Positions 54,416-64,000 of a stretch of DNA of 64,000 nt are shown piece by piece. Positions within the stretch are counted from its first letter, which is position 1; each line of letters begins with the position of its first letter. The position numbers were made by a program, and so were the translations under genes. Origin of the DNA: the human T2T-CHM13v2.0 reference genome, Homo sapiens. The DNA lies in the NCBI RefSeq assembly GCF_009914755.1, contig NC_060933.1. The stretch is one strand, 5' to 3'. Below the pieces are notes generated by a model, which was not told the DNA's origin, did no database searches, and saw only the letters and a list, made by a program, of their open reading frames with translations.

Positions 54416-57400
54416 GCTGTTTCAGACAGTTATACCCATGTGCTACAGTGACAGACCAGACTAGGATTCAAATCCCAGCTATTCCATATGATAATAGTGT
54501 CATCTTGCATAAGTGTTGTAACCCCACTGAGCCTCAGTTTTCTTGGGTGGGAGGACAGACAGGAGGATATGCAGATGGAATGATTAAGTGAGTACTCTAA
54601 TACCTGTAGAATACTTAGGACAGGCCCTGACACACAGTCAGTGCTTAATAAATGTTCACTCAATGATTGCATCCCACATTCTGAACTCAGCCTTGGGGAC
54701 GTGTGTGAGGAGTGAGGTGCTGGGGCTGCCCTTGGGGACTCAGTGTCCGCTGAGCAAAATGATCAGTCCTGATTCAGGGCCCCTTGGGATGGTCAGGGAA
54801 AGGGCCCCATGGGTGGCCTGAGTTGGAAGGGAGGAAGCGGGGAATGATCACGAATCTGTATTGGCCAGGCCCAGGGTCAAGGTGTTGGCAGCCACAGAAT
54901 ACTCAGGGGACCAGGAAGAGGTCCTGGCCGGCCCTGAGGGGCATCAGGGCTGGAGGCCTGGAGACCAGAGGAAAGCCAGGGGAGGGCGGGAACAAATGTG
55001 GCAGGGATCAAAGGGGAGAAGAAAGAAATGGGTCATTTGGATTTGGCCCCCAGCAGCAGCTGGGGATTTCTGAAAGAGCCGTTTAGTGGTGGTGGGGCTG
55101 GGAGGCCATCGGCCGAGGACCGCAGTGAGGGCTGGGCAAGGGGGCAGAGAGTGGTTCACACCACGGTAGCTGCTTTCAAACACCAGAGCGGCCACTCTGA
55201 CAGTTCTCTCCCTTGCTCAGGCAGAACCAGGGCCCGCCCCCTACCCCGTGTGCATTTCCAGGCCTGCCCTGGGCGAGAAGGCTCCTCCGGTTCACAATGT
55301 GCGCAATGACAAACTGCGGGCTCTGGTTGGATTCTGACAGTCTGAGCCCCATTCGGGTGGACGGGAACACAGAGGCCTCTCCTCCCCAGGAGGGAGCTGG
55401 CCAGGGGGACAGCCTTTCCCAGCAGGCCTGGAGAACCACAAACCAGGTGGTGGGCCTCTTCCTGCGGTGGCCCACACTCTCAGGATGTGAGAGATGAAAG
55501 TATGAAGGATCTGAAGCGGGGGCTCTGTGTCCAGGGAACTGCCAATTTGTCATTTGATTGTGCCCAACAGCCCCCAGGTGATCCTGTCCTGAAGTCCTTT
55601 GATGCTATAGCCAGGGCAGGGCCCCTCTTGAACGCCTCGTGTCTGCTTCTGAGGCCCCAGGGAAGGTGGCAGGCTCCCCGAGGGTCATCTGAGCTCAGCT
55701 TCTGGTCCTCTGTGAGGCAGAGCTGCCTGGGGACCCCTTGCCCACCTGGCATCCTGAGGTGACAGCTCCGGCTGGCTTGCCCCTCGCTTCCCTCCCCTAC
55801 GTTACAACTTGCCATATTTTGTGGCCCGAGGGCTGAGAATTCCAACAGGCAAGAGCAGGGATGGGACCGCCCACCCAGTTCCAGTCGTGTGTCTTACTAA
55901 TTATGCCACACACCGGAAAACTTAATTAAATCGATGCTTGGTGTGTAATTTCAACTAGTTTGGAAGTCAGGGGAAATCAAACAAACAGCCGCATGGCCCA
56001 GCCAGCCCCCGTCACCTTGGCAAAATCCCGCTGGGTCCCGGGTGCTGGGGTCCCGCCCTGTTCGGCTGTGGTGAAAATGCCTCCTTCTCTCAGGGTCCCC
56101 AGAGGAAACCCCTGGTCCCTCCACTCCGCAGCCTCAATTACAAACACGCACACACATATGCCCCACAGACATGCACATGCACACACACACACACGTGCAC
56201 ACACACACACAGCAGGAGTTGCAGGAGGAAGCCAGGCAGCCAGCGGGGACCCAGGAGGGTGGGAACACCCCAAGAACCAGGGCTGGTTTTCTTTCTTGCA
56301 TTAAATGTTTATGCAGACAGCAGGAGAAATACACAAGGAAAGGCCAGGCGTCCCGAACGCAAGTCCAGCGCCTGAGCTTCCTGAGCTTCCTGGCATTCAT
56401 TTCCAAGTCTCTCTTGGGCCCTCCCCCTCCTTCTCTCTGTTCCTCTTTGGGACACACCTGTGCTCTATGTTCTGCATGGAGGGGGACCTCAGCCACAGGC
56501 AGTCCTTGTCCCACAGGGGCCCAGGAAGAGCGTCCCGGTAGACAGCAGTGGCAGAGGGAGACCCCAGAGGTACAGAGGCGGAGGGGACAGGAAGCCACTG
56601 CTGGGCTGGACCTGGGCGTCCTCTAGCTCATCCCAGTGTGGGGTTTTGAACTGTGTACTCTGTCAGCAAAGAGAATTTGGAGATAAACAGAAGAGGGGCT
56701 CCAAGGCAGTGGGAGAAGCTCAAGTGAACATTTACTCAACAGCCTCCACCACCAGAATCTTTCTCCGGGGCTGAAGACGTGTGGGGTGGCACATAGCGTC
56801 ACACAGGACAGACAGGCCCTGCGGAGGAGATGCGGTACCGTGAGATGCGAGGGAGCACACGGACGTCAGGAGAAGCCTGTGGCTTCCCACTCCCCTTAGA
56901 ATAGTCCCCAGAGGCCACCCCTAGTTTGCGGGTGAGGAAACTGAGGCCCAGAGACCTGAGTCAGTGCGTGGCATACATTGAAGCAAATTTGAAGAGGCTC
57001 AGCCTCGGTGGGTGGCTGCGTGCTGGTGAATTGTGACTGAGGGGGCACACAGGGACAGGGACGGTGCTCAGGGCAGGCCTCTCGGGGGGTTTTGAGCTGG
57101 GGCCCAATGGACCAAGTGTTGGCTCCTGGGCCGGGCACGGGGCTTTTTTTGGCAGGCGTCTCACTTCTGGGTAGCCTGCCCGTGGCTGCATTCTAGAGAC
57201 CAGGAGCCTGAGGCCCACAGAGCTTACGAGGCAGCCTGCGTTCTCAGGGTTGGGGAGAGTAGCCAGGGGCTCGGACCTCGCCGTGCCACACTCGCCCGTC
57301 CACCATGCCGCCCTGTTCTCACAAGGCCATGGCGCTCCCAGCACACAGGAGGAGCCCAGATGGGAAAGGGCTGGAGCATGAACGTGACGAGGCCTTGCCT

Positions 57401-58319
57401 TCGGAGGGGTGAAGGTCATCCCAGGGTCCCCCGGCCCCCCTGCGCACTCCCAGAGGGACGGCCCTGCAAGCGGTGGCCACCCGGACCTTGCAGGGGTGAG
57501 GCCCCAGGCTGCCGAGGAACGAAGGAGGGGCTGCTCTCCCTTCCCACGTTCCCGGGCCCTGGGTCCCTCAGCCTCCCGGTGGCCCCGCTACCCAGCTCTC
57601 ACTGACACCAGCTCAGGAGCAAGCAGGAGACTCCCCGGTGACCTGCCAGGTTCAGGCCTGGGCTCCAACCCTGCGGGCCACTCCCGGCCTGGCCACCCCA
57701 CCGCATCTCCAAGCCCCATCTCCCTCTTGGGGACCGTGTCTCTGGGTTTTGTGAGGCTGAATTCTTCTCAGCTCTCAGGTGTTAAGACCATCTCCTCCAA
57801 GAGGCCTCCCTGAGCCCCGGCCCCCACGATGATCCTGCTGGCATTCTCTCTCCTCCTCAGGCGGCTCTGGGTTTCTTCCTGTCTAGGTGGAATGGGCTAC
57901 TTCCTGCCATGCTGTCCCTCTACTCCCAGGATCCAAGGCAGACCGGAGACTGGCCAGTAGATGCAGGTGACTCCAGGGGACAATCCGGGTCCCTTCTCCT
58001 CCGGGGTGCTCGAGTCCTGAATTGACTTGGAATGTCCGGGCCCAGCCCCTGCTCTGGGCCCTGCTAGGTCACTGGTGGGTCTTCTCCAAGGAGCCGGGCC
58101 CTAGCCTAGGCCCACCCTTCCAGTGACCCCAACAAAAGGAGGGTGGGGGCCTCTGTCTGGAGCGGGCCTGGAAGGGGAACCCACTGCTCAACCCTGACAG
58201 CCCCTGCCACACTCCCCAGGATCCAGTAGTGGGGCAAGGGGGTGGGAGGGGCACGGGGATGGGAGGAGACCAGCGTAGGTGCTGAGTCTCTTGGTGGTCT
58301 GTGCCTCAGAGCCCCAGAG

Positions 58320-58918
58320 ACACTTCACCCCTCCCTGCCCCCCTTTCTCCTGCCCTCCCTCCCTCCCTTCTTCCTCCCTCCTCCCTGTCCTGCCCTCTTC
58401 CTTCTCCTCCCCCCTTCTCCCTCCCCCTCCTTATCTCCCTCTTTCCCTCCTTCTCTCCCTCCCTCCCTCTCCCTTCTCCCTCCCACCTTCCCTCCCTCAT
58501 CTCCCCAACCTCCTCCCCAGCCCTGCCCTTCACAGCTCTGCTCTCCCTGTTCCTGAGGTTCTCTTGGTCCCTGCCTCTCCCCTTTTCTCTCTCCATTTCT
58601 TTCCTCCCCACCTCACCCCCATCCAAGAGAGGGGCCGTGGGGGGCAGAGGCTTGCAGTTCCCAAAACAGTCATCTCTCTGCATCTGCACCTCTGCAAAAC
58701 TGGGCGCTCTGGAAAACTGAGGCTGCCTGAGCCTGAACCTGCAGCCCTGCTCCTCAACTCCTCCCCACGCTCCTCCCTCCTCCCTCCTCCCCACCTCCTC
58801 CCTGCTCCCCAACTCCTCCCCACCCTCCTCACTCCTCCCCACCCTCCTCCCTACTCTCCTCCTCTTCTTTCCTGCCCCCTCCCTCCCCCTCCTCCCTCCT
58901 TCACCCTCTTCCCTCTCA
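58320..58918 (+). repeat. CT-rich polypyrimidine tracts
   Basis: Two near-pure C/T stretches (~58325-58620, ~58750-58918). Confidence 0.9.
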
Positions 58919-59039
58919 AGCCAGTATTTTTAGCTCGCTGCTGTGCATTCGTGTGCAGGGTGCTCTCTGATGCCTGGATGAGGTTTTATCTGTCGTGGTA
59001 ACCCCAAGGGCAGCTGGCAGACTTTTTCCTCTTAAGTTT

Positions 59040-59330
59040 GGAGCGCACTCCCCTCTTCCCCAGCTCGGGCCTTGGCTGGATTGGGGCAGGTCTCTCGCCT
59101 GCCTGGGTCTGGGGCCCGGGCTCTGCGTCCAGGCTGCCCGGCCTCCCCTCCCTGCCGCTGCCTCCTTCGCCTGCTCCCCCTCCTCTTCCTCCTCCTCGGC
59201 CTCGGGCCTTTGTCTCTGGAAGACCCGGAGCTGCTGGAGCGCCTGCCCGCGCCGCACCCGGGCTCTGCAGCCTCTCGCCGCCTTCCCCTCCCTTCTCTTC
59301 TCATTTAGCCCTTTCCTCGGGCAGCCTCTC
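59040..59330. promoter_or_regulatory. Small GC/CpG-rich element (possible enhancer or promoter)
   Basis: Local CpG enrichment between pyrimidine tracts. Confidence 0.4.
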
Positions 59331-61416
59331 TCAAGGCTCCAATCCTTCTCCATTTGTTCCTCGCCTTCCCTGCCTTCCTTTTTCCACCTCCTCCTTTTCT
59401 CCCTCCCCCTTTTCTCTCCTCTCCTGACACTGTTCTCCTTGCCTTTAGGGAATGGAAAAAACCCCACAGTTGGAATGTGGGGACCCCAGCTTCTCTCCCC
59501 CATCCCATATTTTTCTCTGCCCTCAGCAGCCTCCCCCTGGACAACAGGGTGGGGGGGGAATCGGGGGGGCATTGTGAGGGGATTCTGGGGCTGAGGGGTT
59601 TCCTGGAGCCCACGTCTCCAAGGCGAGCCTTCTGCAGGGCCCACCCTGACGCCCATGCCTTTCTGGGACTCTCTGGGGTCCAGCCTGGCTCTGGTGGGAC
59701 CCCCATGTGGCCTGGGCAGGAGCCAGCACAGCTCTTCTCCTTCCCCAGGCTGTCTCTGTCCCTACAACCTGGGTTCTCAGAGATTTCTTCTCAAGGCACC
59801 TCCCTCCCTCTTCCCCGATCTGGCACCAACCTGAATTTACCTTTAAGAATATCACTTAAAATAAGCAACCTGTTGTCCTCAGCACTTTACAGCTTGCACA
59901 TCTCTCTGCTCAGGTCATGGCAACTATGTACCTTGGGCCCTATTTCACTCTCCCTGGTGATAAAGGAGGCACGTGCCCAGCACCTCGGGCGCTGCCATCA
60001 GACCCACCTGAACTGGACCCAGGTCTCACCTCACTGAGCCTTCATGCGAGCACCAGGCTGAATACCTTCTTGGGGCTCAGAGACTCAGAGAGGCAGTGTC
60101 CTCCGCCCGAGGTCACACAGCCCCAGCTGGTGCAGAGGAGGTGTTTGGGGGCTAAGTGTGAGGAGCTTGCGACCTCGGGGGACTCTACCATCTCCTTTTG
60201 GGGCTGGTCTCATGCCTGTCCTCTCCCCAGGTCAGGATGGGGCCGGGACTGAGGGAGCCCCCACTTTGCTTCCTCACCTACTCCTGACCCCCCGGGCTTT
60301 TCTGTGGGGCTGACTCGGGATGGTTGGTGGAGAAGGTGCTGCCTGTCCTCCTTGTCCCATCCAAGACCCCCAGCCTCGGTACCCCTCTGTCCACTCCACT
60401 CTCTGGGCCCCCTGTTGCAGTCTGGACTCAGCTTTCCTCCTCCTCCCCTCTCCTCTCTCCCTCAGGCCTCTGCTTTCCTGATTCTTCTACCTGGGCTGGC
60501 CCCTGGCTGGGCCCCCTCCAACCCCTCTCTTGTCCCTCTCTCCAAGGGCCTCTCCCTGCAGCTGCGGTGCATACCCTGCTCTCTGTGCATTTCCAGCAGT
60601 CTTGTGTCACCCAGCCCTCTGCTGCCTGCATCTCCCCCTCTCTCCCTCTCTCTCCTGTCCTGCTGTTTCTGCTCACCCCAACATGGGCACATGCACACAC
60701 ATGCAAAGACACAGAGAGGCACAAGCAGAGGTCGGTGCAGACATGCAGCTCATACACGCAGCTCATACACCCAGCCCATGCAGTTGCTACTGCAGCAGTG
60801 GAGGGACAGAGGCTGGCCCCAGGAGGAGGCAGAGGAAGGGGACCCCCTGCCCAGCCCTGATGTCGCCAGGCCTGCAGGCGCCTCATGGTGGGGTGGAGTT
60901 CCAGGCTGGGCAGGCTCCCATGGTCCTGTGGCTCCGTCTTCTGAGTCTCAGGGGCAAGAGACAGCCTTGATGGGGCCAAAGCTTCCAGAATTCTGGCAGG
61001 ACTCCCCAGCATACCTGACCAGTGCTGGTCCCCGGGCAAGGACCTGGAAGTGGGCACAGCCCTAGGGCAGAGGGGTTGGGTCGGGGCAGGGGCAGCAGAG
61101 ACAGCCACTCACAACAGGATCTGAGGGGGCCAGGCAGCCACAGGGCCTGCACCAGGACCACTGTGTGCACCCTTGGAGGTGACTGAGCCTCCATGCCTGG
61201 GTCAAGTGCTGCCATGGACGTGGGGAGCCTCCTCGCCAGAGTTCCTGGGCCCTCTGTCCCCACTGCTCTCTAGGTGCTGGTGGGAGCCTGACAGTCCTGG
61301 GTTTGAATCTCGCCCCCTTTCACAAGCTGTGCAACTTTGAGGGGCGACTGACCCCCTCCCCCTCCCTAAGGGGGTGATGCGGCCACCTGCCCTCAGGACC
61401 CAGTGGGGCCTCCATA

Positions 61417-61647
61417 TAGCCAGTCGGGGGGGTGGGGACAGCCCAGTGCTTCCAGGTACGGCTGTAGAGTCAGCCCTGGGTTCAAGTCCTGACACTTTCA
61501 GTAGAGGAAGGGGGCAGGGCTGGGGGTGAGCCTCCTCGCCCCGTGTGGGCCCGGGCCCTCCCCTGCAGCAGAGTCTGGTCTTGGCAGCCTTTCTCTGGGT
61601 TTGCACTGGGGTCAGAGCTGGCACTGGATGTTTCCAGTTTGGGGGGT
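61417..61647 (+). repeat. Old local duplication, unit A copy 1
   Basis: Colinear with 62718-62938 at roughly 75% identity by eye. Confidence 0.85.
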
Positions 61648-62459
61648 TCTGTCTTGTGGGGGTCTGAGTGAGTGGGGGGCTGCTGGTATTGGCGCCTCTC
61701 GCTGGATGCCCTGGGCTCTCAGCCATTCTGCTGATGTCCGCTGAATGTCGTCGGCCCTGAGTTGGAGTCTGGGCGAATCTCTGGACCCAGGGAGCCTCTG
61801 TTTCTTCCTCCAGAAAATGGGGATAACAATAGCACAACCCTCCCGGTGTGAGGCTGCACTTAGATCACCCTGGAATGCTCTGAGCTCAGCAAGTGCTGAG
61901 GTTGACATGGGAGTGGGGGTTGTTCGCTGTTTTATCTGCTGGGTAAGGCTTTAGGTATTCAGCCCTTCCCTCTGCCCTCAGCCCACATGAAGTTTCTGCT
62001 CCAGGGTCCAGAGCTCAGGGGCCCTGTTCCCCAGTTTTCTGTGCCCAGCAGAAGAGCGGGGGGAACAAAAGGGGGACGGAGCCTGCCCCCTCCCCAGGGC
62101 TGGAGGGGGGGCCTCCCACTGTGAGCAGGGCCCAGCCCCTCCCCAGCTCTGACGCAGACCCCTGGACATTGGGAGGGTGCTCTGCTCCCTCAAAGATCTG
62201 GCTTTGCCTCAAGATTGGAAGCCAACCAAGGAGGGAGGGGCAGGGGCTCCGAGGGAGGCAGAGTGTGGGGAGTAAGAGGGTCACCCGCACCTCCATGAGC
62301 AGGGGACAGGGTGGGCTGGAAAGACGCGAGGCCACAGGGGCATCCTCAGAGTGCTGTCCCCAAAGTCAGGGTCCGTCTCAGCTCCAGTAGTGAAACCCGT
62401 CTTTCTCCTGTCTGCATCCCCTTCCTCCTCATGGTACCTGTACCTCTACTGACTTTATA

Positions 62460-62622
62460 TTTATTTGTTAATTCTCAGGCTCCGCCCAGAAGAGTGTCAG
62501 CTCCTTGAGGGAAGGGATGTGGTCTCATTGTCTGCTGCATCCTCGGCACTGGGTAGGGTGCCTGGGACATTGAGGTCTTCACCAACAGCTGTCGGGTGAA
62601 TGAGTGAGTGAGTCAGTGAGTG
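62460..62622 (+). mobile_element. L2 3' end fragment
   Basis: GTCAGCTCCTTGAGGGAAGGGA...GTGCCTGGGACAT...TGAATGAGTGAGTGAG. Confidence 0.7.
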
Positions 62623-62717
62623 GCTTCTGGGGCAGCTGAGGCTTGTGGCTTGAGAACACCAGCTCCACCTGGCCCTTTCTAGATGTGGACAGAGGGCAGA
62701 CGCTGACCTGCTCGTTG

Positions 62718-63175
62718 ATAGCCAGCCTGGGGGTGGGACAGCCTTCAGGCGTGGCTATGGAGTCAGCCCTGGATTCAAGTCCTGATGCTTTCAGTAGAAA
62801 AGGGAGCAGGGCTGGGGGCTCAGCCTCCTCACCCGGTGTGGGCTGGGGCCCTCTTGGGCAACAGGGTCTTGTCTTGGCAGTCTTTCTTGTGGTTTGCATT
62901 GGGGTGGGAGCCAGCACTGGATGTGTCAGGTTTAGGGGTCACGGTACCTCAATGTCTTTCTCAAAGCCTCAGGCTGAGGGCCTTGCGGGACCAGTGCCCT
63001 CCCTCCTTGCTTTGGTTTCCTTGGCTCAGCCCCTGGCCACTCCCCGGCACTACCAGTAGATCACCGTGTCCTCCCCACTTGCTCTCCCACCACGAGATCC
63101 TTTGCATAGGCCGTTCCCTCCTCTGGGCACGCCATTCCCGCTGCTTTCTGCATGGCTGCTCCTGAGACTCCTTCC
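62718..63175 (+). repeat. Old local duplication, unit A copy 2 (62718-62938) followed by unit B (62960-63175)
   Basis: A matches 61417-61647; B matches the reverse complement of 63730-64000. Confidence 0.85.
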
Positions 63176-63489
63176 CTCCCCCGAGGCAGCCCCACCTCCC
63201 TGCAGGGCGTGCCCGGTGACTCCCTTCCGCTTTTGCACTTAGCCCAGCCCGCATGCATCTCTCAGGTCACCGTGTTTCTCTTTGCAGGTCACTTGCCTGT
63301 CTCCTCCTTGGAAAGTTAGCTCCATGCAGGTTCGGCCTGGGCTGGCCTGCCTGCCGTTGCCTCCCCAGTGCCCTCACAGTGTACACCATGGAAGGTACCA
63401 GAGTTTAGAGCAAGACCTAGCGCACAGTGCACGCAATGGTGAATGAATGGATGAAAGAACAGGCGAATGAATGATGGAAGAAACAAGAG

Positions 63490-63720
63490 TGTGAGTTTTG
63501 GGATTAGACTGCCGGGGTTCGTATCCTCATCAGGTCTGACCCTTGGGCAAATTATTTAACCTCTCTTGGCCTCAGTTTCCTCATCTATAAAATAGGTATG
63601 ATCATAGTGCCTACCCCTTAGGGTGGTTATGTGGATAAGTGGTTTCAGGGAGTATTCGATATCTGCAAGTGTGTCACATGTGAACATCACGTGAGCTTTT
63701 TGAGCATAACCTGTGCAGAC
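63490..63720 (+). mobile_element. MIR
   Basis: TGACCCTTGGGCAAATTATTTAACCTCTC...CCTCAGTTTCCTCATCTATAAAATAGG. Confidence 0.8.
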
Positions 63721-63729
63721 CCCAACTCT

Positions 63730-64000
63730 TGATGGGGTCTCAGGAGCAGCAGTGCAAAGGGCAGCGGGAATGGCATTCCCGGAGGAGGGAACACCATCCA
63801 CAGGATGTTTTGGTGGGGGAAAGCAAGAGGGGAGGGGAGAGAGATGGATTGGCAGTGCCAGGGAGTGGTTGAGGGGGCTGAACATCCACAGAAACTAGCC
63901 ACGAAGAGGAGGAAAGCCAGGCCAGGGGGAAGCAGGAGGATGTGAACCAAAGCAGGGAGCGAGGGCTGGTCTCGCAAGGCCCTCAGCCTGAGGCTTTGAG
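63730..64000 (-). repeat. Inverted copy of unit B, truncated by the window end
   Basis: Reverse complement begins CTCAAAGCCTCAGGCTGAGGGCCTTGCG, 28/28 identical to 62960-62987. Confidence 0.9.

Noticed and set aside
58279-61108. Several 200-250-aa overlapping ORFs on both strands
   Set aside because: Expected in GC-rich or low-complexity DNA; no recognisable protein similarity or coherent exon structure

Overview
Human (primate) genomic DNA: GC-rich, Alu-dense and, as far as I can see, without an intact protein-coding gene. About 44 Alu copies or fragments lie in the first 50 kb and none in the last ~14 kb. Other repeats are old L1, L2, MIR, MaLR/ERVL LTR and hAT fragments. The window has two CpG islands (~7.9-8.8 kb and ~39.5-40.2 kb) and a 3.15-kb (TGGA)-rich array. 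It also has a 7SL RNA retropseudogene (26.3-26.6 kb, minus) and a 3' fragment of a KLHL15 processed pseudogene (36.2-36.65 kb, minus) inserted in the linker of an AluJ. Two plus-strand terminal-exon candidates (3125-~3640 and 15514-~15715) look like alternative 3' ends of a lncRNA. From memory, not a database search, this is LINC01503 at 9q34.11. The least explained structures are local duplications of non-transposon sequence: a ~95%-identical 208-bp templated copy (43.2 kb to 46.2 kb) and an older direct-plus-inverted repeat set at 61.4-64 kb that runs off the window edge. Several AT-rich homeodomain/PBX motif clusters sit in GC-rich, enhancer-like DNA. I found no convincing evidence of a new multi-gene biological system. 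Repeat subfamily names and boundaries are by-eye estimates.
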